Assembly (NCBI GenBank): GCA_964187785.1
Contig: OZ076415.1
Span: forward strand, 47,492,001 to 47,556,000
Length of the DNA stretch: 64,000 nucleotides
From: Amphiscolops sp. MND2022
Lineage: Eukaryota
Direction: 5' to 3'
Position numbers and translations under genes: made by a program. A model generated the notes under the pieces. It did not search any database. It was not told the origin of the DNA and saw only the letters and a list, made by a program, of their open reading frames with translations. How positions within the stretch are numbered: position 1 is the first letter of the stretch; every line of letters begins with the position of its first letter. Shown piece after piece: positions 12,900 to 28,286 of the stretch.

Positions 12900-15800
12900 C
12901 AAAAACGAACGACATTAAAGAAAAAGCAGAGGGCAAAAAGTGAAAAGTTGAATCAAATTCAGACACTGATGACATCATTGTTCAGATCCGTCTTGAAACA
13001 CACATTACACTAAAATTTGACTGCAATTCAAAAAGAAAACGGCTTCTAGAGCCATGAAGATTCACGAAGGCCAGTTAAAACGAAGACAATTTGAAAAGTG
13101 GCCAGGTGCAAGAATGATTTATCAACTGGAAGTCAGATATTGATAGCATCAGTGTTCAGACCCGTCATAAAGACATCATATTGATAGTTGACTGAAATTT
13201 CAATGGAAACAGGCTACTAGAATCAACACAGTTCACAAAAACAGTCACACAGAAAACGAACGTTTCTGGATAAAAGACAGACAGCAAAAAATGAAGTCGA
13301 ATCAAATTCAGATACTGATGATATCATTGTTCAGATCCGTCTTGAACGCACATCACACTATTATTTGACGAAATTCAAAAGGAAAACGGCCTCTAGAGAC
13401 ATGAAGTTTCGCAAAAGCCAGTGAAAACGAAGACAATTCGAAAGGTGGACAGGTGCAATAATGATTTATCGAATGGAATTCAGATATTGAGAGCATCATT
13501 GTTCAGACCCGTCTTGAAGACATCACAATGATAGTTGACTGATATTTTAATTGAAACATGCTACTAGAATCAACACAGTTCACAGAAGCAGTCAAACCAA
13601 AAACGAACGACATTAAAGAAAAAGCAGAGAGCAAAAAGTGAAAAGTTGAATCAAATTCAGACACTGATGACATCATTGTTCAGATCCGTCTTGAAACACA
13701 CATCACACTAATATTTGACTGCAATTCAAAAGGAAAACGGCTTCTAGAGCCATGAAGATTCACGAAGGCCAGTTAAAACGAAGACAATTTGAAAAGTGGC
13801 CAGGTGCAAGAAAATTATCGACTGCAAGTCAGATATTGATAGCATCAGTGTTCAGACCCGTCTTAAAGACATCACATTGATAGTTGACTGAAATCTCAAT
13901 CGAAACAGGCTACTAGAAAACGAACGTTTATAGATAAAAGACAGACAGCAAAAAACGAAGTCGAATCAAATTCAGATACTGATGACATCACTGTTCAGAT
14001 CCGTCTTGAACGCACATCACACTATTATTTGACGAAATTCAAAAGGAAAACGGCTTCTAGAGACATGAAGTTTCACAAAAGCCAGTGAAAACGAAGACAA
14101 TTCGAAAAGTGGACAGGCGCACTAATGATTTATCGAATGGAATTCAGATAGTGAGAGCATCATTGTTTAGACCCGTCTTGAAGACATCACAATGATAGTT
14201 GACTGAAATTTTAATGGAAACAGGCTACTAGAATCAACACAGTTCACAAAAGCAGTCAAACCAAAAACGAACGACATTAAAGAAAAAGCAGAGAGCAAAA
14301 AGTGAAAAGTTGAATCAAATTCAGACACTGATGACATCATTGTTCAGATCCGTCTTGAAACACACATCACACTAATATTTGACTGCAATTCAAAAGGAAA
14401 ACGGCTTCTAGAGCCAAGAAGATTCACGAAGGCCAGTTAAAACGAAGACAATTTGAAAAGTGGCCAGGTGCAAGAACGATTTATCGACTGGAAGTCAGAT
14501 ATTGATAGCATCAGTGTTCAGACCCGTCTTAAAGACATCACATTGATAGTTGACTGAAATCTCAATGGAATCAGGCTACTAGAAAACGAACGTTTCTAGA
14601 TAAAAGACAGACAGCAAAAAATGAAGTCGAATCAAATTCAGATACTGATGACATCATTGTTCAGATCCGTCTTGAACGCACATCACACTATTCGACGAAA
14701 TTTAAAAAAGAAAACGGCTTCTAGAGACATGAAGTTTCACAAAAGCCAGTAAAAACGAAGTCAATTTGAAAAGTGGACAGGCGCACTAATGATTTATCGA
14801 ATGGAATTCAGATATCGAGAGCATCATTGTTCAGACCCGTCTTGAACACATCACAATGATAGTCGACTGAAATTTTAATGGAGAGGCTACTAGAATCAAC
14901 ACAGTTCACAGAAGCAGTCAAACCAAAAACGAACGACATTAAAGAAAAAGCAGAGAGCAAAAAGTGAAAAGTTGAATCAAATTCAGACACTGATGACATC
15001 ATTGTTCAGATCCGTCTTGAAACACACATCACACTAATATTTGACTGCAATTCAAAAGGAAAACGGCTTCTAGAGCCATGAAGATTCACGAAGGCCAGTT
15101 AAAACGAAGACAACTTGAAAAGTGGCCAGGTGCAAGAAAATTATCGACTGCAAGTCAAATATTGATAGCATCAGTGTTCAGACCCGTCTTAAAGACATCA
15201 CATTGATAGTTGACTGAAATCTCAATGGAAACAGGCTACTAGAAAACGAACGTTTCTAGATAAAAGACAGACAGCAAAAAACGAAGTCGAATCAAATTCA
15301 GATACTGATGACATCACTGTTCAGATCCGTCTTGAACGCACATCACACTATTATTTGACGAAATTCAAAAGGAAAACGGCTTCTAGAGACATGAAGTTTC
15401 ACAAAAGCCAGTGAAAACGAAGACAATTCGAAAAGTGGACAGGCGCACTAATGATTTATCGAATGGAATTCAGATAGTGAGGGCATCATTGTTCAGACCC
15501 GTCTTGAAGACATCACAATGATAGTTGACTGAAATTTTAATGGAAACAGGCTCCTAGAATCAACACAGTTCACAAAAGCAGTCAAACCAAAAACGAACGA
15601 CATTAAAGAAAAAGCAGAGAGCAAAAAGTGAAAAGTTGAATCAAATTCAGACACTGATGACATCATTGTTCAGATCCGTCTTGAAACACACATCACACTA
15701 AAATTTGACTGCAATTCAAAAGGAAAACGGCTTAGAGCCAAGAAGATTCACGAAGGCCAGTTAAAGCGAAGACAATTTGAAAAGTGGCCAGGTGCAAGAA

Positions 15801-18300
15801 TGATTTATCGACTGGAAGTCAGATAATGATAGCATCAGTGCTCAGACCCGTCATAAAGACATCATATTGATAGTTGACTGAAATTTCAATGGAAACAGGC
15901 TACTAGAATCAACACAGTTCACAAAAACAGTCACACAGAAAACGAACGTTTCTGGATAAAAGACAGACAGCAAAAAATGAAGTCGAATCAAATTCAGATA
16001 CTGATGATATCATTGTTCAGATCCGTCTTGAACGCACATCACACTATTATTTGACGAAATTCAAAAGGAAAACGGCCTCTAGAGACATGAAGTTTCGCAA
16101 AAGCCAGTGAAAACGAAGACAATTCGAAAGGTGGACAGGCGCACTAATTTATCGAATGGAATTCAGATATTGAGAGCATCATTGTTCAGACCCGTCTTGA
16201 AGACATCACAATGATAGTTGACTGATATTTTAATTGAAACATGCTACTAGAATCAACACAGTTCACAGAAGCAGTCAACCCAAAAACGAACGACATTAAA
16301 GAAAAAGCAGAGAGCAAAAAGTGAAAAGTTGAATCAAATTCAGACACTGATGACATCATTGTTCAGATCCGTCTTGAAACACACATCACACTAATATTTG
16401 ACTGCAATTCAAAAGGAAAACGGCTTCTAGAGCCATGAAGATTCACGAAGGCCAGTTAAAACGAAGACAATTTGAAAAGTGGCCAGGTGCAAGAAAATTA
16501 TCGACTGCAAGTCAGATATTGATAGCATCAGTGTTCAGACCCGCCTTAAAGACATCACATTGATAGTTGACTGAAATCTCAATGGAAACAGGCTACTAGA
16601 AAACGAACGTTTATAGATAAAAGACAGACAGCAAAAAACGAAGTCGAATCAAATTCAGATACTGATGACATCACTGTTCAGATCCGTCTTGAACGCACAT
16701 CACACTATTATTTGACGAAATTCAAAAGGAAAACGGCTTCTAGAGACATGAAGTTTCACAAAAGCCAGTGAAAACGAAGACAATTCGAAAAGTGGACAGG
16801 CGCACTAATGATTTATCGAATGGAATTCAGATAGTGAGAGCATCATTGTTTAGACCCGTCTTGAAGACATCACAATGATAGTTGACTGAAATTTTAATGG
16901 AAACAGGCTACTAGAATCAACACAGTTCACAAAAGCAGTCAAACCAAAAACGAACGACATTAAAGAAAAAGCAGAGAGCAAAAAGTGAAAAGTTGAATCA
17001 AATTCAGACACTGATGACATCATTGTTCAGATCCGTCTTGAAACACACATCACACTAATATTTGACTGCAATTCAAAAGGAAAACGGCTTCTAGAGCCAA
17101 GAAGATTCACGAAGGCCAGTTAAAACGAAGACAATTTGAAAAGTGGCCAGGTGCAAGAACGATTTATCGACTGGAAGTCAGATATTGATAGCATCAGTGT
17201 TCAGACCCGTCTTAAAGACATCACATTGATAGTTGACTGAAATCTCAATGGAATCAGGCTACTAGAAAACGAACGTTTCTAGATAAAAGACAGACAGCAA
17301 AAAATGAAGTCGAATCAAATTCAGATACTGATGACATCATTGTTCAGATCCGTCTTGAACGCACATCACACTATTCGACGAAATTTAAAAAAGAAAACGG
17401 CTTCTAGAGACATGAAGTTTCACAAAAGCCAGTAAAAACGAAGTCAATTTGAAAAGTGGACAGGCGCACTAATGATTTATCGAATGGAATTCAGATATCG
17501 AGAGCATCATTGTTCAGACCCGTCTTGAACACATCACAATGATAGTCGACTGAAATTTTAATGGAGAGGCTACTAGAATCAACACAGTTCACAGAAGCAG
17601 TCAAACCAAAAACGAACGACATTGAAGAAAAAGCAGAGAGCAAAAAGTGAAAAGTTGAATCAAATTCAGACACTGATGACATCATTGTTCAGATCCGTCT
17701 TGAAACACACATCACACTATTATTTGACTGCAATTCAAAAGGAAAACGGCTTCTAGAGCCATGAAGATTCACGAAGGCCAGTTAAAACGAAGACAACTTG
17801 AAAAGTGGCCAGGTGCAAGAAAATTATCGACTGCAAGTCAAATATTGATAGCATCAGTGTTCAGACCCGTCTTAAAGACATCACATTGATAGTTGACTGA
17901 AATCTCAATGGAAACAGGCTACTAGAAAACGAACGTTTCTAGATAAAAGACAGACAGCAAAAAACGAAGTCGAATCAAATTCAGATACTGATGACATCAC
18001 TGTTCAGATCCGTCTTGAACGCACATCACACTATTATTTGACAAAATTCAAAAGGAAAACGGCTTCTAGAGACATGAAGTTTCACAAAAGCCAGTGAAAA
18101 CGAAGACAATTCGAAAAGTGGACAGGCGCACTAATGATTTATCGAATGGAATTCAGATAGTGAGGGCATCATTGTTCAGACCCGTCTTGAAGACATCACA
18201 ATGATAGTTGACTGAAATTTTAATGGAAACAGGCTCCTGGAATCAACACAGTTCACAAAAGCAGTCAAACCAAAAACGAACGACATTAAAGAAAAAGCAG
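12900..18300. repeat. ~2.68-kb higher-order duplication within the satellite
   Basis: The rare variant gactgatattttaattgaaacatgctac occurs at ~13535 and ~16220. Near-identical junk ORFs at 14808 and 17491 are offset 2683. Boundaries are approximate. Confidence 0.8.
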
Positions 18301-21300
18301 AGAGCAAAAAGTGAAAAGTTGAATCAAATTCAGACACTGATGACATCAGTGAGCAAAAAGTGAAAAGTTGAATCAAATTCAGACACTGATGACCTCATTG
18401 TTCAGATCCGTCTTGAAACACACATCACACTAATATTTGACTGCAATTCAAAAGGAAAACGGCTTCTAGAGCCAAGAAGATTCACGAAGGCCAGTTAAAA
18501 CGAAGACAATTTGAAAAGTGGCCAGGTGCCAGAACGATTTATCGACTGGAAGTCAGATATTGATAGCATCAGTGTTCAGACCCGTCTTAAAGACATCACA
18601 TTGATAGTTGACTGAAATCTCAAGGGAATCAGGCTACTAGAAAACGAACGTTTCTAGATAAAAGACAGACAGCAAAAAATGAAGTCGAATCAAATTCAGA
18701 TTCTGATGACATCATTGTTCAGATCCGTCTTGAACGCACATCACACTAATATTTGACTGCAATTCAAAAGGAAAACGTCTTCTAGAGCCAAGAAGATTCA
18801 CGGAGGCCAGTTAAAACGAAGACAATTTGAAAAGTGGCCAGGTGCAAGAACGATTTATCGACTGGAAGTCAGATATTGATAGCATCAGTGTTCAGACCCG
18901 TCTTAAAGACATCACATTGATAGTTGACTGAAATCTCAATGGAATCAGGCTACTAGAAAACGAACGTTTCTAGATAAAAGACAGACAGCAAAAAATGAAG
19001 TCGAATCAAATTCAGATAATGATGACATCATTGTTCAGATCCGTCTTGAACGCACAACACACTATTCGATGAAATTTAAAAAAGAAAACGGCTTCTAGAG
19101 ACATGAAGTTTCACAAAAGCCAGTAAAAACGAAGACAATCTGAAAAGTGGACAGGCGCACTAATGATATATCGAATGGAATTCAGATATCGAGAGCATCA
19201 TTGTTCAGACCCGTCTTGAACACATCAGAATGATAGTCGACTGAAATTTTAATGGAGAGGCTACTAGAATCAACACAGTTCACAGAAGCAGTCAAACCAA
19301 AAACGAACGACATTTAAGGAAATGCAGAGAGAAAAAAGTGAAAAGTTGAATCAAATTCAGACACTGATGACATCATTGTTCAGATCCGCCTTGAAACACA
19401 CATCACACTGATATTTGACTGCAATTCAAAAAGAAAACGGCTTCTAGAGCCATGAAGGTTCACGAAGGCCAGTTAAAACGAAGACGATTCGAAAAGTGGA
19501 CAGGCGCAGTAATGATTTATCGAATGGAATTCAGAGTGAGAGCATCATTGTTCAGACCCGTCTTGAAGACATCACAATGATAGTTGACTGAAATTTTAAT
19601 GGAAACAGGCTCCTAGAATCAACACAGTTCACAAAAGCAGTCAAACCAAAAACGAACGACATTAAAGAAAAAGCAGAGAGCAAAAAGTGAAAAGTTGAAT
19701 CAAATTCAGACACTGATGACATCATTGTTCAGATCCGTCTTGAAACACACATCACACTAAAATTTGGCTGCAATTCAAAAGGAAAACGGCTTAGAGCCAA
19801 GAAGATTCACGAAGGCCAGTTAAAACGAAGACAATTTGAAAAGTGGCCAGATGCAAGAACGATTTATCAACTGGAAGTCAGATATTGATAGCATCAGTGT
19901 TCAGACCCGTCTTAAAGACATCACATTGATAGTTGACTGAAATCTCAATGGAATCAGGCTACTAGAAAACGAACGTTTCTAGATAAAAGACAGACAGCAA
20001 AAAATGAAGTCGAATCAAATTCAGATACTGATGACATCATTGTTCAGATCCGCCTTGAACGCACATCACACTATTCGACGAAATTTAAAAAAGAAAACGG
20101 CTTCTAGAGACATGAAGTTTCACAAAAGCCAGTAAAAACGAAGACAATTTGAAAAGTGGACAGGCGCACTAATGATTTATCGAATGGAAGTCAGATATTG
20201 AGAGCATCATTGTTCAGACCCGTCTTGAAGACATCACAATGATAGTTGACTGATAGTTTAATGGAAACAGGCTACTAGAATCAACACAGTTCACAGAAGC
20301 AGTCAAACCAAAAACGAACGACATTAAAGAAAAAGCAGAGAGCAAAAAGTGAAAAGTTGAATCAAATTCAGACACTGATGACATCATTGTTCAGATCCGT
20401 CTTGAAACACACATCACACTAATATTTGACTGCAATTCAAAAGGAAAACGGCTTCTAGAGCCAAGAAGATTCACGAAGGCCAGTTAAAACGAAGACAATT
20501 TGAAAAGTGGCCAGGTGCAAGAACGATTTATCGACTGGAAGTCAGATATTGATAGCATCAGTGTTCAGACCCGTCTTAAAGACATCACATTGATAGTTGA
20601 CTGAAATCTCAATGGAATCAGGCTACTAGAAAACGAACGTTTCTAGATAAAAGACAGACAGCAAAAAATGAAGTCGAATCAAATTCAGATTCTGATGACA
20701 TCATTGTTCAGATCCGTCTTGAACGCACATCACACTAATATTTGACTGCAATTCAAAAGGAAAACGTCTTCTAGAGCCAAGAAGATTCACGAAGGCCAGT
20801 TAAAACGAAGACAATTTGAAAAGTGGTTAGGTGCAAGAACGATTTATCGACTGGAAGTCAGATATTGATAGCATCAGTGTTCAGACCCGTCTTAAAGACA
20901 TCACATTGATAGTTGACTGAAATCTCAATGGAATCAGGCTACTAGAAAACGAACGTTTCTAGATAAAAGACAGACAGCAAAAAATGAAGTCGAATCAAAT
21001 TCTGATAATGATGACATCATTGTTCAGATCCGTCTTGAACGCACAACACACTATTCGATGAAATTTAAGAAAGAAAACGGCTGCTAGAGACATGAAGTTT
21101 CACAAAAGCCAGTAAAAACGAAGACAATTTGAAAAGTGGACAGGCGCACTAATGATATATCGAATGGAATTCAGATATCGAGAGCATCATTGTTCAGACC
21201 CGTCTTGAACACATCAGAATGATAGTCGACTGAAATTTTAATGGAGAGGCTACTAGAATCAACACAGTTCACAGAAGCAGTCAAACCAAAAACGAACGAC

Positions 21301-22680
21301 ATTAAAGGAAATGCAGAGAAAAAAGTGAAAAGTTGAATCAAATTCAGACACTGATGACATCATTGTTCAGATCCGCCTTGAAACACACATCACACTAATA
21401 TTTGACTGCAATTCAAAAGGAAAACGGCTTCTAGAGCCAAGAAGATTCACGAAGGCCAGTTAAAACGAAGACAATTTGAAAAGTGGCCAGGTGCAAGAAC
21501 GATTTATCGACTGGAAGTCAGATATTGATAGCATCAGTGTTCAGACCCGTCTTAAAGACATCACATTGATAGTTGACTGAAATCTCAATGGAATCAGGCT
21601 ACTAGAAAACGAACGTTTCTAGATAAAAGACAGACAGCAAAAAATGAAGTCGAATCAAATTCAGATTCTGATGACATCATTGTTCAGATCCGTCTTGAAC
21701 GCACATCACACTAATATTTGACTGCAATTCAAAAGGAAAACGTCTTCTAGAGCCAAGAAGATTCACGAAGGCCAGTTAAAACGAAGACAATTTGAAAAGT
21801 GGTTAGGTGCAAGAACGATTTATCGACTGGAAGTCAGATATTGATAGCATCAGTGTTCAGACCCGTCTTAAAGACATCACATTGATAGTTGACTGAAATC
21901 TCAATGGAATCAGGCTACTAGAAAACGAACGTTTCTAGATAAAAGACAGACAGCAAAAAATGAAGTCGAATCAAATTCAGATAATGATGACATCATTGTT
22001 CAGATCCGTCTTGAACGCACAACACACTATTCGATGAAATTTAAACAAGAAAACGGCTTCTAGAGACATGAAGTTTCACAAAAGCCAGTAAAAACGAAGA
22101 CAATTTGAAAAGTGGACAGGCGCACTAATGATATATCGAATGGAATTCAGATATCGAGAGCATCATTGTTCAGACCCGTCTTGAACACATCAGAATGATA
22201 GTCGACTGAAATTTTAATGGAGAGGCTACTAGAATCAACACAGTTCACAGAAGCAGTCAAACCAAAAACGAACGACATTAAAGGAAATGCAGAGAGAAAA
22301 AAGTGAAAAGTTGAATCAAATTCAGACACTGATGACATCATTGTTCAGATCCGCCTTGAAACACATATCACACTGATATTTGACTGCAATTCAAAAAGAA
22401 AACGGCTTCTAGAGCCATGAAGGTTCACGAAGGCCAGTTAAAACGAAGACGATTCGAAAAGTGGCCAGGCGCACTAATGATTTATCGAATGGAATTCAGA
22501 TAGTGAGAGCATCATTGTTCAGACCCGTCTTGAAGACATCACAATGATAGTTGACTGAAATTTTAATGGAAACAGGCTCCTAGAATCAACACAGTTCACA
22601 AAAGCAGTCAAACCAAAAACGAACGACATTAAAGAAAAAGCAGAGAGCAAAAAGTGAAAAGTTGAATCAAATTCAGACAC

Positions 22681-24660
22681 TGATGACATCATTGTTCAGA
22701 TCCGTCTTGAAACACACATCACACTAAAATTTGGCTGCAATTCAAAAGGAAAACGGCTTAGAGCCAAGAAGATTCACGAAGGCCAGTTAAAACGAAGACA
22801 ATTTGAAAAGTGGCCAGATGCAAGAACGATTTATCGACTGGAAGTCAGATATTGATAGCATCAGTGTTCAGACCCGTCTTAAAGACATCACATTGATAGT
22901 TGACTGAAATCTCAATGGAATCAGGCTACTAGAAAACGAACGTTTCTAGATAAAAGACAGACAGCAAAAAATGAAGTCGAATCAAATTCAGATACTGATG
23001 ACATCATTGTTCAGATCCGTCTTGAACGCACATCACACTATTCGACGAAATTTAAAAAAGAAAACGGCTTCTAGAGACATGAAGTTTCACAAAAGCCAGT
23101 AAAAACGAAGACAATTTGAAAAGTGGACAGGCTCACTAATGATATATCGAATGGAATTCAGATATCGAGAGCATCATTGTTCAGACCCGTCTTGAACACA
23201 TCAGAATGATAGTCGACTGAAATTTTAATGGAGAAGCTACTAGAATCAACACAGTTCACAGAAGCAGTCAAACCAAAAACGAACGACATTAAAGAAAAAG
23301 CAGAGAGCAAAAAGTGAAAAGTTGAATTAAATTCAGACACTGATGACATCATTGTTCAGATCCGTCTTGAAACACACATCACACTAAAATTTGGCTGCAA
23401 TTCAAAAGGAAAACGGCTTAGAGCCAAGAAGATTCACGAAGGCCAGTTAAAACGAAGACAATTTGAAAAGTGGCCAGATGCAAGAACGATTTATCGACTG
23501 GAAGTCAGATATTGATAGCATCAGTGTTCAGACCCGTCTTAAAGACATCACATTGATAGTTGACTGAAATCTCAATGGAATCAGGCTACTAGAAAACGAA
23601 CGTTTCTAGATAAAAGACAGACAGCAAAAAATGAAGTCGAATCAAATTCAGATACTGATGACATCATTGTTCAGATCCGTCTTGAACGCACATCACACTA
23701 TTCGACGAAATTTAAAAAAGAAAACGGCTTCTAGAGACATGAAGTTTCACAAAAGCCAGTAAAAACGAAGACAATTTGAAAAGTGGACAGGCTCACTAAT
23801 GATATATCGAATGGAATTCAGATATCGAGAGCATCATTGTTCAGACCCGTCTTGAACACATCAGAATGATAGTCGACTGAAATTTTAATGGAGAAGCTAC
23901 TAGAATCAACACAGTTCACAGAAGCAGTCAAACCAAAAACGAACGACATTAAAGAAAAAGCAGAGAGCAAAAAGTGAAAAGTTGAATTAAATTCAGACAC
24001 TGATGACATCATTGTTCAGATCCGTCTTGAAACACACATCACACTAAAATTTGGCTGCAATTCAAAAGGAAAACGGCTTAGAGCCAAGAAGATTCACGAA
24101 GGCCAGTTAAAACGAAGACAATTTGAAAAGTGGCCAGATGCAAGAACGATTTATCGACTGGAAGTCAGATATTGATAGCATCAGTGTTCAGACCCGTCTT
24201 AAAGACATCACATTGATAGTTGACTGAAATCTCAATGGAATCAGGCTACTAGAAAACGAACGTTTCTAGATAAAAGACAGACAGCAAAAAATGAAGTCGA
24301 ATCAAATTCAGATACTGATGACATCATTGTTCAGATCCGTCTTGAACGCACATCACACTATTCGACGAAATTTAAAAAAGAAAACGGCTTCTAGAGACAT
24401 GAAGTTTCACAAAAGCCAGTAAAAACGAAGACAATTTGAAAAGTGGACAGGCTCACTAATGATATATCGAATGGAATTCAGATATCGAGAGCATCATTGT
24501 TCAGACCCGTCTTGAACACATCAGAATGATAGTCGACTGAAATTTTAATGGAGAAGCTACTAGAATCAACACAGTTCACAGAAGCAGTCAAACCAAAAAC
24601 GAACGACATTAAAGAAAAAGCAGAGAGCAAAAAGTGAAAAGTTGAATTAAATTCAGACAC
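22681..24660. repeat. 660-bp higher-order repeat, three essentially identical copies
   Basis: The printed lines starting at 22681, 23341 and 24001 are identical. ORFs at 23158, 23818 and 24478 are exactly 660 apart. Confidence 0.95.
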
Positions 24661-27600
24661 TGATGACATCATTGTTCAGATCCGTCTTGAAACACACATC
24701 ACACTAATATTTGACTGCAATTCAAAAGGAAAACGGCTTCTAGAGCCAAGAAGATTCACGAAGGCCAGTTAAAACGAAGACAATTTGAAAAGTGGCCAGG
24801 TGCAAGAACGATTTATCGACTGGAAGTCAGATATTGATAGCATCAGTGTTCAGACCCGTCTTAAAGACATCACATTGATAGTTGACTGAAATCTCAATGG
24901 AATCAGGCTACTAGAAAACGAACGTTTCTAGATAAAAGACAGACAGCAAAAAATGAAGTCGAATCAAATTCAGATTCTGATGACATCATTGTTCAGATCC
25001 GTCTTGAACGCACATCACACTAATATTTGACTGCAATTCAAAAGGAAAACGTCTTCTAGAGCCAAGAAGATTCACGAAGGCCAGTTAAAACGAAGACAAT
25101 TTGAAAAGTGGTTAGGTGCAAGAACGATTTATCGACTGGAAGTCAGATATTGATAGCATCAGTGTTCAGACCCGTCTTAAAGACATCACATTGATAGTTG
25201 ACTGAAATTACAATGGAATCAGGCTACTAGAAAACGAACGTTTCTAGATAAAAGACAGACAGCAAAAAATGAAGTCGAATCAAATTCAGATAATGATGAC
25301 ATCATTGTTCAGATCCGTCTTGAACGCACAACACACTATTCGATGAAATTTAAAAAAGAAAACGGCTTCTAGAGACATGAAGTTTCACAAAAGCCAGTAA
25401 AAACGAAGACAATTTGAAAAGTGGACAGGCTCACTAATGATATATCGAATGGAATTCAGATATCGAGAGCATCATTGTTCAGACCCGTCTTGAACACATC
25501 AGAATGATAGTCGACTGAAATTTTAATGGAGAGGCTACTAGAATCAACACAGTTCACAGAAGCAGTCAAACCAAAAACGAACGACATTAAAGGAAATGCA
25601 GAGAGAAAAAAGTGAAAAGTTGAATCAAATTCAGACACTGATGACACCATTGTTCAGATCCGCCTTGAAACACACATCACACTGATATTTGACTGCAATT
25701 CAAAAAGAAAACGGCTTCTAGAGCCATGAAGGTTCACGAAGGCCAGTTAAAACGAAGACGATTCGAAAAGTGGCCAGGCGCAATAATGATTTATCAACTG
25801 GAATTCAGATATTGATAGCATCAAAGTTCAGACCCGTCTTAAAGACATCACATTGATAGTTGACTGAAATTTTAATGGAAACAGGCTACAAGAATCAACA
25901 CAGTTCACAAAAGCAGTGAAACAGAAAACGAACGTTTCTAGATAAAAAGCAGACAGCAAAAAATGAAGTCGAATCAAATTCAGATACTGATGACATCATT
26001 GTTCAGACCCGTCTTGAAGACATCACAATGATAGTTGACTGAAATTTTAAAGGAAACAGGCTACTAGAATCAACACAGTTCACAGAAGCAGTCAAACCAA
26101 AAACGAACGACATTAAAGAAAAGCAGAGAGAAAAAAGTGAGAAGTTGAATCAAATTCAGACACTGATGACATCATTGTTCAGATCCGCCTTGAAACACAC
26201 ATCACACTAATATTTGACTGCAATTCAAAAGGAAAACGGCTTCTAGAGCCATGAAGGTTCACGAAGGCCAGTTAAAACGAAGACAATTTGAAAAGTGGCC
26301 AGGTGCAATAATGATTCATCGACTGGAATTCAGATATTGATAGCATCATTGTTCAGACCCGTCTTAAAGACATCACATTGATAGTTGACTGAAATCTCAA
26401 CCGAAACAAGCTACTAGAATCAACACTGTCATACCAGAATCAACGGCTTCTAGAGCCATTAAAGTTCACAAAGGCCAGTGGAAACGAAGACGATTCGAAA
26501 AGTGGCCAGGCGCAATAATGATTTATCGAATGGAATTCAGATATTGATAGCATCATTGTTCAGACCCGTCTTAAAGACATCACAATGATAGCTGACTGAA
26601 ATTTTAATGGAAACAGGCTACAAGAATCAACACAGTTCACAAAAGCAGTGAAACAGAAAACGAACGATTCTAGATAAAAAGCAGACAGCAAAAGATGAAG
26701 TCGAATCAAATTCAGATTCTGATGACATCATTGTTCAGACCCGTCTTGAAGATATCACAATGATAGTTGACTGAAATTTTAAAGGAAACAGGCTACTAGA
26801 ATCAACGCAGTTCACAGAAGCAGTCAAACCAAAAACGAACGACATTAAAGAAAAAGCGGAGAGAAAAAAGTGAAAAGTTGAATCAAATTCAGACACTGAT
26901 GACATCATTGTTCAGATCCGCCTTGAAACACATCACACTAATATTTGACTGCAATTCAAAAGGAAAACGGCTTCTAGAGCCATGAAGGTTCACGAAGGCC
27001 AGTTAAAACGAAGACAATTTGAAAAGTGGCCAGGTGCAATAATGATTCATCGACTGGAATTCAGATATTGATAGCATCATTGTTCAGACCCGTCTTAAAG
27101 ACATCACATTGATAGTTGACTGAAATCTCAACCGAAACAAGCTACTAGAATCAACACTGTCATACCAGAATCAACGGCTTCTAGAGCCATTAAAGTTCAC
27201 AAAGGCCAGTGGAAACAAACACAGTTCACAAAAGCAGTCACACAGAAAACGAACGTTTCTAGATAAAAGAGAGCAAAAAATGAGGTCGAATCAAATTCAG
27301 ATACTGATGACATCATTGTTCAGACCCGTCTTGAAGACATCACAATGATAGTTGACTGAAATTTTATTGGAAACAGGCTACTAGAATCAACACAGTTCAC
27401 AGAAGCAGTAAAACCAAAAACGAACGACATTAAAGAAAAAGCAGAGAGAAAAAAGTGAAAAGTTGAATCAAATTCGAACACTGACGACATCATTGTTCAG
27501 ATCCGCCTTGAAACACACATCACACTAATATTTGACTGCAATTCAAAAGGAAAACGGCTTCTAGAGCCATGAAGGTTCACGAAGGCCAGTTAAAACGAAG

Positions 27601-28236
27601 ACAATTTGAAAAGTGGCCAGATGCAATAAGGATATATCGACTGGAATTTACATATTGATAGCATCATTGTTCAGACCCGTCTTAAAGACATCACATTGAT
27701 AGTTGACTGAAATCTCAACCGAAACAAGCTACTAGAATCAACACTGTCATACCAGAATCAACGGCTTCTAGAGCCATTAAAGTTCACAAAGGCCAGTGGA
27801 AACAAACATGGTTCACAAAAGAAGTCACACAGAAAACGAACATTTCTAGATAAAAGACAGACAGCAAAAAATGAGGTCGAATCAAATTCAGATACTGATG
27901 ACATCATTGCTCAGATCCGTCTTGAAACACACATCACACTAATATTTGACTGAAATTCAAAAGGAAAACGGCTTCTAGAGCCATTAAAATTCACAAAAGC
28001 CAGTGAAAACGAAGACGATTCGAAAAGTGGCCAGGCGCAATAATGATTTATCGAATGGAATTCAGATATTGATGGCATCATTGTTCAGACCCGTCTTAAA
28101 GACATCACAATGATAGCTGACTGAAATTTTAATGGAAACAGGCTACAAGAATCAACACAGTTGACAAAAGCAGTGAAACAGAAAACGAACGTTTCTAGAT
28201 AAAAGGCAGACAGCAAAAACTGAAGTCTAATCAAAT

Positions 28237-28286
28237 TCAGATACTGATGACATCATTGTTCAGACCCGTCTTGAAACACACATCAC
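28237..28286 (-). ncRNA. Example B-type core with an uninterrupted 17-nt match to 28S rRNA
   Basis: Plus strand 28263-28279 reads GACCCGTCTTGAAACAC, identical to the conserved eukaryotic LSU segment used for primer D3A (from recall). It is also seen at 28964-28980. Confidence 0.6.

Noticed and set aside
28263-28279. rDNA fragment or rRNA gene
   Set aside because: The 28S match is only 12-17 nt and stops at the C and D' boxes (rRNA continues GGACC, the repeat continues ACATC). No other rRNA-like sequence was recognised.
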